Part shown: piece by piece, positions 47,013-56,723 of the stretch | How positions within the stretch are numbered: the stretch's first letter is position 1 | Layout: the number at the start of each line of letters is the position of its first letter | From: Candidatus Iainarchaeum sp. | Lineage (GTDB): Archaea > Iainarchaeota > Iainarchaeia > Iainarchaeales > VGJJ01 | NCBI GenBank assembly: GCA_016699555.1 | Contig: CP064981.1 | Span: 761,603 to 825,602, forward strand | Reading direction: 5' to 3' | DNA: 64,000 bases | Made by a program: the position numbers and the translations under genes | Notes under the pieces: generated by a model | Told to the model about the DNA's origin: nothing | Database searches by the model: none | The model's input: the letters and a program-made list of their open reading frames with translations, nothing else

Positions 47013-47384
47013 TCAGCGCACTTCCGCACCGCTCTTCACGGGTTTTTCTGCCACTAGCAAGGAGAATTTCCCCTCATCATCGAGCGCGGCCAAAATCATC
47101 CCTTGGCTCATCACGCCTCCGAGCTTTTTGGCTTCCAAATTCGCCACGACGCAAATGGTTTTTCCCACGAGCTCTTCGGGAGAATACCACTGCCGAATGC
47201 CGGAAACAATCGTGCGTGTCTCATTTCCCATTTCAACGGTCAGCTGGTATAATTTATCCTTGTTCGCCACAGGTACCGCAGAAATCACTTTGGCGGTGCG
47301 GAGCTCCACCGTATTCATGAAGATGTCAATCGTAATAGGTGCATGGCTTCGTTTCGCTTCGGCAGGATTCGGTTGGTCGTTCAT
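47013..47384 (-). CDS. tRNA-binding domain protein (CsaA/Trbp111/Myf-like)
   Basis: IDIFMNTVELRTAKV...WYSPEELVGKTICVVANLEAKKLGGVMSQGMILAA; upstream in-frame extension overlaps next gene and is rejected. Confidence 0.7.
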   Translation of the reverse strand: MNDQPNPAEAKRSHAPITIDIFMNTVELRTAKVISAVPVANKDKLYQLTVEMGNETRTIVSGIRQWYSPEELVGKTICVVANLEAKKLGGVMSQGMILAALDDEGKFSLLVAEKPVKSGAEVR

Positions 47385-47446
47385 ACACGCAAAGGGAAGG
47401 GAATCTCTTTTATGCTTAGCGGGGAGATTTGATTTCGTGCGAAAAA

Positions 47447-48163
47447 TCAGCGTTCTTTTCCCGCTTTCAAATAAGGAAGGATCGCCCCTTTCTTTTCTGC
47501 TGCAGCAATCAATTTTCGGGCATACATCATGCGTTGCACGGAACCAATAATCGCAACCACTACCAATACCCATAACGTGCTGCTCATGATCTGCACGCCC
47601 TGCAATGGATGCAGTGCGGCCCATAGCGTTCCAAACCACAACACCGCAAACTTATCCGCGTGCTCTCCAATCGCTGGCCAGTCGTGATTGTCCATGATGA
47701 TCACTAACCCAGCGCGGGGTTTCGCATAACTGGAAAGCAAACCAAAACCTAGCGCTGCGATCGCAGCGATGGGCGCAATGAATGCGAGCCCGATGAAAAT
47801 GAGAATCTCCACGACTTTGTCGATCATCGTCTCGAAGTAATTTCCCCACAGTGATTGCAGTTCCTGCGCGCGTGCGACCGTTCCATCAATGGCATCCCAC
47901 AAACCAGCGACGGGCACCAAAATGAGCGCAGCCCACCAGTCGTGCGAGAGATAGGCATAGCCTGCCCACGCGGCAAAAGGAATCCCTAGCAGCGTAACCC
48001 ATTTTGGGTGCACGTGAAGGGCGATGAAAGGCTGTGCAAGCAACCCAAAAAGAGGTTTGAGGATTCCACGGAACTGAGAGAGCATGCAAAAAACACTCAT
48101 GGGGGGTTTATGAAATGAAACCCTTATTATGTAGCACACAATGGCAATCGTCGAAAGAAGCAT
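47447..48163 (-). CDS. CDP-alcohol phosphatidyltransferase family (archaeal phospholipid head-group synthase)
   Basis: DAIDGTVAR-x8-G-x3-E-x3-D signature, 6 TM helices; start may be internal Met (48100/48085). Confidence 0.65.
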   Translation of the reverse strand: MLLSTIAIVCYIIRVSFHKPPMSVFCMLSQFRGILKPLFGLLAQPFIALHVHPKWVTLLGIPFAAWAGYAYLSHDWWAALILVPVAGLWDAIDGTVARAQELQSLWGNYFETMIDKVVEILIFIGLAFIAPIAAIAALGFGLLSSYAKPRAGLVIIMDNHDWPAIGEHADKFAVLWFGTLWAALHPLQGVQIMSSTLWVLVVVAIIGSVQRMMYARKLIAAAEKKGAILPYLKAGKER

Positions 48164-48383
48164 TCACTCACTCGCGTTAATCTATGAAATTATTGCTTTG
48201 TTTTGAAAATAGGGCGTATTCTGAACCCCTTTCGGGCAAAAAGACGCGAAATACGAACCATTACGTATATAAAGGAGAAAGTACAGAAAACAAAGCTATC
48301 TGCAAGGAAATGGTTCGGATTCCCGCACCAGAACCTTAAAGAATCTCCAATACGACAAACAAACGCCCCCCACGTGCGTTGAG

Positions 48384-48764
48384 GTGACTCCCAATATGAG
48401 TTTAGTAAGCTTAACATTCGGCGATGGTCGAAATAAAATGAGTGTCCAGTCGGAACTCCAGGTGCTCTCGCGCCCGGTCGACCACATCAAAGTAGCCCCC
48501 GGTTCCGAGCCCAAGCTGGAAGTCCAAAAGGTCTCCACCTTCTTAGGATTCGATGGCGTCTATATCATCGGAAAAGTGACCTCAGGCGTTGTGGCCCCCA
48601 CCATGATGGGCGTGTCCAGCACCGGCAAGACATTCAAAATTTCCGAAATCGAAAGCAAATACCCCAATTGCACGGTCGGAAAACAAGGCATGACCATTGG
48701 CATTTCCGCTCACGGAATAGGCAAAGAAGACATTGCCCAAGGCGCGACCATTTTCTTCCAATAA
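48384..48764 (+). CDS. standalone EF-Tu domain-2-like beta-barrel protein, hypothetical
   Basis: GVYIIGKVTSGVV...GKTFKISEIE...VGKQGMTIGISAHGIGKEDIAQGATIF resembles translation-factor domain II barrel. Confidence 0.35.
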   Translation: MTPNMSLVSLTFGDGRNKMSVQSELQVLSRPVDHIKVAPGSEPKLEVQKVSTFLGFDGVYIIGKVTSGVVAPTMMGVSSTGKTFKISEIESKYPNCTVGKQGMTIGISAHGIGKEDIAQGATIFFQ

Positions 48765-48816
48765 TTCCGTGAAGAAAACCGCGCCCTTTTAATCCCTCAA
48801 TCCTTTCACCCCTAGC

Positions 48817-49839
48817 ATGCACAGTAAGTTAAGCCTCAATACTTTCACCAATCCCAAAATGACCCTCCAGCATGCGCGAGCCGACAAAGAGCTGGCAGCC
48901 CATTACATGATTCAGCGCATCCCGATCGTCCGGGATAATTGGAATATCGCACAAATCCACCAATACCTGCATGACAACAAACAATTCGAATCGACGAATT
49001 ATGTTTATGTTTTGGACGGCCATGAAAAACTCGTGGGAGTCGTTTCACTCCATGAAATATTCGAACACCGGGATACATCCATCCGCAAGCTCATGCATCG
49101 CGAAATCATCGCCGTGACGCCGGACACGCATATCGAACGCGTGGCAAAATTGGCACTCGAACACAACCTACGCGCCATCCCCGTCGTCAAACGCGGAACA
49201 CTCGCAGGGGTCATCGAGACCCAAAAGATCCTTTCGATTCTCAATCGTGCGCTCCGCGAGCACGTCATGTCATTCGGTGGTGTCCACAAGGGGCATTTGG
49301 ACTACGACGACATCATGAAGATGCCGCTATTCACCAGCATCACCCACCGACTGCCATGGCTATTGATTGGGTTGCTGGGCGTCATCGTGGCGGCGGCCGC
49401 CATCGACCGGTTTGCGGCCGTACTGAACGCACACATTATCCTGGCATTCTTCATCCCGGCCATCGTATATATGAGCGGCGCACTCGGCGCCCAAAACCAA
49501 ACCCTTTTCGTCCGGGATTTAGCGCTCATGGGGAGCGAATTGAAGATTCCCCAATACTTCTTCCGCACCACTGCCATCAGTTTCAGCATGAGCCTAGTGA
49601 TTGGAGCCCTCGTTTTCGCGCTGACTACCCTCATCTGGCACAACACGCGCGTGGCGTTGGTGATTGCCATTGCCATGTTCGCGACCCTCATGGTTTCCTG
49701 TTTCACGTCCCTCCTCACCACGCTCCTGTTCAAATACCTCAAACAAGACCCCGCGCTCGGAAGCGGGCCTTTCGGCACCATCGTGTCGGATTTATCCTCC
49801 ATCATCATCTATTTCGTGATCGTCTCGCTATTGCTATAG
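48817..49839 (+). CDS. mgtE: magnesium transporter MgtE (CBS pair + MgtE membrane domain)
   Basis: Two CBS-like repeats then 5 TM helices with PWLLIGLLG... and DxxG motif region. Confidence 0.8.
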   Translation: MHSKLSLNTFTNPKMTLQHARADKELAAHYMIQRIPIVRDNWNIAQIHQYLHDNKQFESTNYVYVLDGHEKLVGVVSLHEIFEHRDTSIRKLMHREIIAVTPDTHIERVAKLALEHNLRAIPVVKRGTLAGVIETQKILSILNRALREHVMSFGGVHKGHLDYDDIMKMPLFTSITHRLPWLLIGLLGVIVAAAAIDRFAAVLNAHIILAFFIPAIVYMSGALGAQNQTLFVRDLALMGSELKIPQYFFRTTAISFSMSLVIGALVFALTTLIWHNTRVALVIAIAMFATLMVSCFTSLLTTLLFKYLKQDPALGSGPFGTIVSDLSSIIIYFVIVSLLL

Positions 49840-49905
49840 CACTACCCCCACCATAATCAGACGTGACGATGCGCAAAAAAATAATAGAAAAAAAAAAGCA
49901 TTCCA

Positions 49906-50316
49906 TCATTGGATGAAATGCAACGCGAGCAAATGCCCATCATAGGGAATGGGAACTAAAATGGTCGTGGTTTTCTTCTTCTTACCGCTCTTGTGCTTCC
50001 ACACAATCGTATTCGAGGAACCGGCGCCTGATTCCATGGCATTCGAGAAGGCTTTCACCAATTTCTTTTGACTCGACGCATCCACGAACAACTCCAAAAA
50101 GTGTTTCTTGGACTTGAAAGCCGCCGCGGGAGTGGCATACCCCACGAGCTCCCCGAACTTCTTATTCCAGACGACGTGGTGGTCGTCCAAGTAGATGTAG
50201 ACTGCCTGCTCCGAGTAATCAAAAAAGTCCTTGAATTGCTTATGGATTCCGCTCAATACTTCTGCATGATGCGCTTCAGCCGTCAAGATAATCACCACCT
50301 TGAATGAAGCGCTCAC
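49906..50316 (-). CDS. hypothetical protein
   Basis: 136 aa ORF, Lys-rich; no recognised motif. Confidence 0.3.
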   Translation of the reverse strand: MSASFKVVIILTAEAHHAEVLSGIHKQFKDFFDYSEQAVYIYLDDHHVVWNKKFGELVGYATPAAAFKSKKHFLELFVDASSQKKLVKAFSNAMESGAGSSNTIVWKHKSGKKKKTTTILVPIPYDGHLLALHFIQ

Positions 50317-50454
50317 GCATATAATACTAGCCCCATCAGCTCAAATTCCCTTAACCGCTCGCGAAATGGCGCAAGATTAATAACCATCCTCCGAGGCAAT
50401 AGTCCCTATAACGAGCGCTTTGGGCGCTTGCCAGGGGTATTGGAGGAATAGAAG

Positions 50455-50808
50455 ATGGTTGGAATGTTTGATGATTCTCCGAGTGACGTCGAAATGCGCA
50501 AACAGGCATTTCTGCAGGGCGTGCAGCGCTGGAAGAACGTAGAGCAACGCCGCGTGGGATTGGGAGACGGATTCTTCGTGAACGGGGAGATGTTCATCGA
50601 GATGCAAACTACCTTGCGCACCATTCGCGTGGCGGTTCGCCTGCCCAATACGCACCAACAGCGCGCGTTGAACAACAATATGGCTCGCGCGCATCGCGAA
50701 CCCATGCAATTCCGCGCGGGATGGGTGGAAATCGATGTTGATTCCGAGGAAGCGCTTGAAAACGCACTCACATTGACACGACAAGGCTACATGGCGTTCG
50801 GGCGATAA
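50455..50808 (+). CDS. hypothetical protein
   Basis: 117 aa ORF; no recognised motif. Confidence 0.3.
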   Translation: MVGMFDDSPSDVEMRKQAFLQGVQRWKNVEQRRVGLGDGFFVNGEMFIEMQTTLRTIRVAVRLPNTHQQRALNNNMARAHREPMQFRAGWVEIDVDSEEALENALTLTRQGYMAFGR

Positions 50809-50952
50809 TCTAGGATGCTTTTCACTAATTTACTCGAAAAAAAATTGACTCAAATTAGAAGGATTTGAATATGATGTCTTGGAAGGAAGTACATTTAGTG
50901 GCGAATAGGAGACCAACTACTTCCTTTAATATCCAGCTATGCTATTGCTTTC

Positions 50953-51711
50953 ATGTCAGAGTATAAACCAATTATTATTGGAATTGAACACGTTCAGGAA
51001 AACCTTCCCGCAGCCAAGCGAGTAATACTGAACTTAAAAAAAAAAGGAATTCGAACGATTGCACTTGAAGAGACGGCAATGTTAGACGGCAGTACGCTGC
51101 ATCTCGTAAGTAATGAATCAGACACTGACACGGCAACAAAATTAAAGTTAACCCGTGTTTTTGCAACACTTTCAAGTTGGCCAAATCTTGGATTTTTCGA
51201 AGAACTCAAAAATTATGCGAAAAAATTAGGCATTGAAGTGAAAAGCATTGAATCCCGCAGACTTCAGCGCTTAAAAAATGTGCTTCTCTGGCGTGCAATT
51301 CGTGACCATATTAAAGAAGGCAAAAATCTTGACTATAATGACAAGCATTATCTTTCCAGTCAAATAGAAGAAATAAGAAAACAAGAATTCAGAAATACAT
51401 TCCCTCGAGACGTTTATATTAACATGGGTTTGCGTACAAAGAACATGATAACGAGGACAAGAATACATCAGTACGAAGCTGTCATCGTTGGAGGGGCTCA
51501 TGCAATTGATATTGCTCGTGCATTTGGAATGACCCCGCGCAGAATCACATATGTTGTTAACAGAAGAATCCTGAAGCCTCATTTACCCTCTAAACGAGGA
51601 GGATACAACATAATCACAAAAAAAATAGATGCCATGAAGCAATATAGAACACAATACGCCAATTATTCTAAAAATCGCGCACAGAATAGAGTGCGACGAA
51701 GACAGAGTTGA
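50953..51711 (+). CDS. TraB/GumN-like soluble paralog, in low-GC island
   Basis: PIIIGIEHV...IALEE and VIVGGAHAIDIARAFG resemble TraB family motifs; strongly AT-rich, Lys/Asn/Ile-rich codon usage unlike neighbours. Confidence 0.4.
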   Translation: MSEYKPIIIGIEHVQENLPAAKRVILNLKKKGIRTIALEETAMLDGSTLHLVSNESDTDTATKLKLTRVFATLSSWPNLGFFEELKNYAKKLGIEVKSIESRRLQRLKNVLLWRAIRDHIKEGKNLDYNDKHYLSSQIEEIRKQEFRNTFPRDVYINMGLRTKNMITRTRIHQYEAVIVGGAHAIDIARAFGMTPRRITYVVNRRILKPHLPSKRGGYNIITKKIDAMKQYRTQYANYSKNRAQNRVRRRQS

Positions 51712-52079
51712 ATGCCTTTGTTTTTGGCCTTAGATTAGTAATAGTGAGTCAGCTATCGTTCGACCAAATAGTTGCGTGCCGTTTGATAGTATACGTTCCA
51801 CTAGCATTTCACACATAGAAAAAAAGGCTCAATGGAGAAACGCTAACTATACATGCGTTCGCTAAAGTATTTTTCATCTAGTTACAACAGAATTTCTTAT
51901 GAGCATTCATTTTTCTAGGAATGATTGAGATTAATGCATAATATAGTTTGGCATTGCCAATCCAATAATTTTTGAGTTAGCGTTTGTTAATGGACTCAAG
52001 AAACAAACTCGATAAATGAATGCGGGAATTACAGTCTTTAAAAAACTGGATTACCTTTATCACTTGAAAATGCAAATCA

Positions 52080-52535
52080 CTAATCCGGCATCTCGTATTC
52101 CACAAAATCTTTCTTCGAGGAGTAAAGGGATTCCAACCATCCCGAGGTCATCTTCCCAATCCCCTGGAATTCCTGGAAGCACTCGTTCAATTGCTTCGCG
52201 AGGATAGGGGAATTTTGGCTTTCTTTCTTGCAGTGCTCGATCCATTTTAGCGCAGAACCGAATTGCTTCTGTTTTTGTTGGATGATCTTTGCATTCTGCA
52301 AGACAGCGCGCATCTTGAACTTATTCTTGATCATGCCCTCAGCTTGCATGAAGGAATCCAAGTCATTCTCGTCCATTTTGGCCAGCTTTTTCACGTCAAA
52401 CTGATAGAAGGCTTTCTGGATCTGCGGCCACTTCTTCTCCACGAGGCGATAGTTGAAACGGATTACAAACACAATAAAGGAAATCTGGTCCAATAACCCG
52501 GAATCGGTTTTGGCCTTGTAAACGCGCTGCTTCAT
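52080..52535 (-). CDS. DNA-3-methyladenine glycosylase I (Tag)-like, compact form lacking Zn-snap residues
   Basis: KAFYQFDVKKLAKMDENDLDSFMQAEGMIKNKFKMRAVLQNAKIIQ...FGS aligns with Tag core; N-terminal ~20 aa with Cys/His ligands and C-terminal H/C absent. Confidence 0.55.
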   Translation of the reverse strand: MKQRVYKAKTDSGLLDQISFIVFVIRFNYRLVEKKWPQIQKAFYQFDVKKLAKMDENDLDSFMQAEGMIKNKFKMRAVLQNAKIIQQKQKQFGSALKWIEHCKKESQNSPILAKQLNECFQEFQGIGKMTSGWLESLYSSKKDFVEYEMPD

Positions 52536-52573
52536 AGAAGGATTTTTCCAAAAAAGAGATTAATAGGCTATGG

Positions 52574-53707
52574 ATGCCAGTTCGCCAGGAAAAAGCATTT
52601 AAGCCCAAAATGAATACCATCGTCATGCCATCCAAGCTTCCGCCGAAGCAAAAGTATAAGCAGCGTGCCCTGCGGTTCTTGGACAAGTCCACAAAGTCAT
52701 TCCGAAACATGACGCGACAGTATGAGAGACTAGGAAGAATCCAGGACTACCTCAGACAACACCCGGATGATGCCATCGTTCGCGTGAAATTTGAAGCAAT
52801 GAAGAAAACTTTTTTGAAATCCAATCGCGTGCGTGACCGACTCCAACAAGCCGCAGTGGCATATGGGAATTATCTCAATGAACCCGGAGCCGAACCCATC
52901 AAAATACCAATAAGAGACTTAAAACGCGCCACGCGGGGATATTATGGCATACCGCAATTAGAAAATAAAGCTACCACCCATCCACCCAAACGCTTGGCCG
53001 GTCCAAAGCCTGTTTCCGCTCAACCCGATAAGAAACCAAGTGCCACGCCAACGAGGCTAGAAACGATGGTTCGCGCACAATTTAATGAACTAAGAAACAC
53101 CAGCGAAGGCGGGAGCCTTGTCGCGGGGCCCTTGCTGCGTTACTTGCAAGAACCCATTTCTGCAAGGGCGCTTGCAAGCTTGCATGAGCGATTGAAACAG
53201 ATCAATCGCCTCCTGAACAATGGGAAAATAGGCGAGGCGGTAGAGCGATTCCAACAGACGAATGATGCCATTTCGATGCACCAGCGCAAACAAAAGAAAA
53301 CAACTCCTTCGGCTCAGAAACCCGCTGCAAAGGAGCGCGAAGCCCGACCAAGCCGATTCAAAACTAAAGTGAAAAAAATATGGGAGCGAATGAAAAGCCC
53401 ATTTAGCACGCGCAATAGAGTTGGAAAAAAATCCCCCAATGAGGCGCTCACCATTGTGTATAAAAAAATCCAGCCAAAAGTAAAAGGATCGATGACCCTA
53501 TTTCGAGACTCGATTGCAGTACTGCGCAACGTATTGAATAATTCAGCGATTGACCCAGAACAAAAGAAAAAAATACCCTCCGCCATTCTTGCAGCCGCAA
53601 CTCACATCGACCGCAATGAGCACCTCAAAGCAAAGGATCTGCTCGAATCCGCAGCAAAAGAAGTAAGGCCTTTAGTAAAAAGAAACTATATACGTGCAAT
53701 CGAATAA
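52574..53707 (+). CDS. hypothetical basic protein (Lys/Arg/Gln-rich)
   Basis: 377 aa ORF, pI clearly basic, low complexity segments; no motif. Confidence 0.35.
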   Translation: MPVRQEKAFKPKMNTIVMPSKLPPKQKYKQRALRFLDKSTKSFRNMTRQYERLGRIQDYLRQHPDDAIVRVKFEAMKKTFLKSNRVRDRLQQAAVAYGNYLNEPGAEPIKIPIRDLKRATRGYYGIPQLENKATTHPPKRLAGPKPVSAQPDKKPSATPTRLETMVRAQFNELRNTSEGGSLVAGPLLRYLQEPISARALASLHERLKQINRLLNNGKIGEAVERFQQTNDAISMHQRKQKKTTPSAQKPAAKEREARPSRFKTKVKKIWERMKSPFSTRNRVGKKSPNEALTIVYKKIQPKVKGSMTLFRDSIAVLRNVLNNSAIDPEQKKKIPSAILAAATHIDRNEHLKAKDLLESAAKEVRPLVKRNYIRAIE

Positions 53708-54213
53708 TAATTCACTTCATTCTCTCCATCCACTACCGCCAACACGGCTTGCGTGTGCAGGGTTTGCGCTAGGCGGATGAAGCGCGCGAGTTGAGTGAGT
53801 GATAATCTTTCTTGCGGCGAATGCACATTCACAATCATTTCCGTGTGCGCTTCTCCAACTCTCTTTCCTTTTGGATAAACTCTAAAATCGCTTCCGAATT
53901 TGAAACCCGTTTTCACCGAATGGCCTTTCGTGCGCAAATCATGAAATACTTGGAATTGGTTGAAGAAGTTGGGATTTGATTTTTGGAATTTTTGCAAGAG
54001 TTTTTCCGAGGCAATTCTTTTGTTCTTGGAATCCTTCACGGAAATCTTTTCTTTCTCGAGCAAGAAAACGAGTTCAAACGCATCCAAGACGAATTGTTTT
54101 TCCTTGTTTTCTCCGAATCCGCCATTGCGCAGCTGATCGGCCTTGCGGGGGTCCATGACGAGGCCTTTTTCCCCCATGAGCTTCACGACATCCGAGATTT
54201 TTGCACTAGCCAT
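53686..54213 (-). CDS. endA: tRNA-splicing endonuclease EndA (homomeric type)
   Basis: C-terminal catalytic domain VFHDLRTKGHSVKTGFKFGSDFRVYPKG...H matches EndA; ~175 aa. Confidence 0.75.
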   Translation of the reverse strand: MASAKISDVVKLMGEKGLVMDPRKADQLRNGGFGENKEKQFVLDAFELVFLLEKEKISVKDSKNKRIASEKLLQKFQKSNPNFFNQFQVFHDLRTKGHSVKTGFKFGSDFRVYPKGKRVGEAHTEMIVNVHSPQERLSLTQLARFIRLAQTLHTQAVLAVVDGENEVNYYSIARI

Positions 54214-54287
54214 ACGCAAGCGCTGGAAAATGGAGCTTTTAAACGCGTGCCAGGAAGGAATAAAAGTCTCTATCACCACATCCCCTC

Positions 54288-54806
54288 ATGGCCACTCCCC
54301 CAAGAAAACGTTGGCGAAAAATACCATCCAAGCGCCTGGTTCGTGCAGGAGTCCTCACGCGTTTCGCGCGCGCATATGAACTGGCCGCGGAAGCAGGAAA
54401 ACTCCGCCCCAGCAAGAAAGAAAAACAAGCCCGGATTAAGAAGGCCTTGGAGTGGATAACGCGGCGGTATCCCACTAAACTCCCGGAACTCCATCACCAG
54501 CTCGATACTCAGCTCCATCGGTTGAGCGATCAACTCTGGCGATTGACATGGATAACATCCCGGAATGATGACCCCGTGAATGCAGCCGAACGCGAAAGGA
54601 TGTCGCGTGCGAAGGGCGGTATTGTGGACTTCCTGTATTCCACGAATAGCCTACAAGCCAAACTCTACGCTTTCGCTCGATTACGGATGATCCTGCAGGC
54701 GAGTAAGATATTGCTGCAAAGACATGACATCGAACGCCAGCGCATCATGATCCAACAAGTCGAACGCCTCCAAAAAGAACTCCAACAGGGAGGATGGGGA
54801 GCATAA
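54288..54806 (+). CDS. hypothetical basic protein
   Basis: 172 aa, Arg/Lys-rich N-terminus, coiled C-terminus. Confidence 0.3.
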   Translation: MATPPRKRWRKIPSKRLVRAGVLTRFARAYELAAEAGKLRPSKKEKQARIKKALEWITRRYPTKLPELHHQLDTQLHRLSDQLWRLTWITSRNDDPVNAAERERMSRAKGGIVDFLYSTNSLQAKLYAFARLRMILQASKILLQRHDIERQRIMIQQVERLQKELQQGGWGA

Positions 54807-54852
54807 GCTGCCCACCCTTTCTTTTAAACACGAAGTCGCATGCATTGGGTAT

Positions 54853-55968
54853 ATGACCGCTTCCCAAGAGACACGACCCGCCATCGACCCATGGGGAGAC
54901 AATCTGATCCAGGACTACAAGAAAGTAGTCACGCAATTCGGATTGGAACCCTTTGACGCGAAGCCCTTCCCGGAACCCAATCGCCTCATGCGCAGAGGCA
55001 TTACTTTCGCGGGAAGGGATTTGAAGCGCATCGCGGAATGCATCCAAAAAAAGAAGCCCTTCTACACGCTGACCGGGATACAACCCAGCGCCGAAAAAAT
55101 CCATTTGGGAACGCGCAGCGTCATCGAGAACGTGAAATACTTCCAAGAGCATGGCGCCAAAACCTTTGTCCTAGTCGCCGACCTCGAGTCAGCAGCCACG
55201 CGCGGAATTTCGGTCGAAGAGGGAAAAAAACGCGCCATCCAATTCCACATTCCCGCCTACTTGGCGTTGGGGCTGGACATCGAAAAGACACAATTCTATT
55301 TCCAGAGCGAAAACCCCACGACTTTCAGACTGGCCTTTGAGGCATCGCAAAAAATCACACTGAACGAATTCAAGGGAGCCTATGGAAACCCGGATCCCGG
55401 AAAAATAATGGCCGCACTCGCACAGTTTGCCGATATGATTTTGCCGCAAGAATTGGAGAAGAAACCTTTCCCCGGAATCATCCCCGTCGGAATCGACCAG
55501 GAACCCCACATCCGGTTGTGCCGCGATTACTTGCACAAAATCGAATCGCAGAAACGATTCATGCCCATTTCGTCCATCTACAACAAATTCATGCCCTCCA
55601 TGGATGGACAACTGAAGATGTCCAAGTCCAACCCCAAGGGAAGCATTTCCTTGCCCGAGGACCCCAAGGCGGCCGAGAAAGTCATCAAGTCCGCCTTCAC
55701 CGGCGGCCGCGCGACCATGGAAGAACAACGCCGCTTGGGCGCGGAAGTGGACAAGGACATGGTGTTCGAATTGCTCAAGCAACATTTGGTGGAAAGCGAC
55801 AAAGATCTCGAGAAGATCCGCATGGAATATGCGGCCGGGAAAATGCTTTCCGGAGAAATCAAACAACTCGCTTCCGAGAAAATGGCTCAGTTTTTGGAGA
55901 AGTTCGATGCAGACATGGACTATTACCAAAAACATATTAAGGACGTGCAATTCTTAGGATTCGAATGA
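54853..55968 (+). CDS. trpS: tryptophan--tRNA ligase (archaeal/eukaryotic type)
   Basis: N-terminal DPWG...DY motif, P-S-x3-H-L-G (HIGH-like), KMSKS. Confidence 0.85.
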   Translation: MTASQETRPAIDPWGDNLIQDYKKVVTQFGLEPFDAKPFPEPNRLMRRGITFAGRDLKRIAECIQKKKPFYTLTGIQPSAEKIHLGTRSVIENVKYFQEHGAKTFVLVADLESAATRGISVEEGKKRAIQFHIPAYLALGLDIEKTQFYFQSENPTTFRLAFEASQKITLNEFKGAYGNPDPGKIMAALAQFADMILPQELEKKPFPGIIPVGIDQEPHIRLCRDYLHKIESQKRFMPISSIYNKFMPSMDGQLKMSKSNPKGSISLPEDPKAAEKVIKSAFTGGRATMEEQRRLGAEVDKDMVFELLKQHLVESDKDLEKIRMEYAAGKMLSGEIKQLASEKMAQFLEKFDADMDYYQKHIKDVQFLGFE

Positions 55969-56246
55969 CCTGGATCGTTTCCGCTTTCATCAAGGACCTG
56001 CAAGACAAGAGCTCGACGCACTGGAGTCTCGTCGTCACGCTCCTCATCATGGCGTTCGCGCGCGCGAATGTGTATGCGCTGGTGCCCATCGACGCATTCC
56101 TCAAATCCCTCGTCGCTTCCACGGATGCGCAATCGTTGATGGTGATGGAATGGTTCGCTTTCTTGGCCGCAGGAATCCTACTCTTCCTCGTCTTCACCGG
56201 CGTCTTCGAATTGGTTTTCCGCCTCCAACGTAAGGGGAAAAAATAA
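55965..56246 (+). CDS. small membrane protein, hypothetical
   Basis: 93 aa, two TM helices; ATGA overlap with trpS. Confidence 0.35.
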   Translation: MTWIVSAFIKDLQDKSSTHWSLVVTLLIMAFARANVYALVPIDAFLKSLVASTDAQSLMVMEWFAFLAAGILLFLVFTGVFELVFRLQRKGKK

Positions 56247-56251
56247 ACGCA

Positions 56252-56626
56252 TCAGATGATTTCCACCGGAATCTGCGTGTGGTGCTGCAATTGCAGCTGC
56301 ATGTGATCGAAGTGAGGATTCTTTTCCGCGTTGTGCAATACGATCTTCTTCACCTGTTTCATCTCGGCGATTTGAGCTATTTTTTCGATGGTGCTGCCCC
56401 ACTCGATGATATCATTGCATAATTTCTTGTGCGCGCGGATGGATCGCTTCAACGCATCCGTGGTCTTGCGCCCATTCAATATCTCGCTGGCCTTGAATCC
56501 GAAATCCGTGGCGGAACCCGAATCCAGCACCAACAGCACATGCACGACCGAGGCACCCTTTACGGCGTGCGAAACAAATGCATCCGAGCAATCTTTTGGG
56601 GAAAGCACGGGAATGAGGATGCGCAT
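56252..56626 (-). CDS. universal stress protein (UspA)-like
   Basis: MRILIPV...start, alpha/beta ATP-binding-like C-terminus; short (124 aa). Confidence 0.5.
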   Translation of the reverse strand: MRILIPVLSPKDCSDAFVSHAVKGASVVHVLLVLDSGSATDFGFKASEILNGRKTTDALKRSIRAHKKLCNDIIEWGSTIEKIAQIAEMKQVKKIVLHNAEKNPHFDHMQLQLQHHTQIPVEII

Positions 56627-56723
56627 ACTCCAACTGATGCAATTTCCATTTTTAAGCGCAATGAAAGGAATTATGTATTATCCAAGGAAGGGGTTGCTTA
56701 ATCGTTATAATGCACGCACCCGA

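Noticed and set aside
47385-47639. N-terminal 85-aa extension of the tRNA-binding protein ORF
   Set aside because: Extension overlaps the CDP-alcohol phosphatidyltransferase gene on the same strand in another frame and is Cys/Arg-rich junk; start moved to Met 47384.
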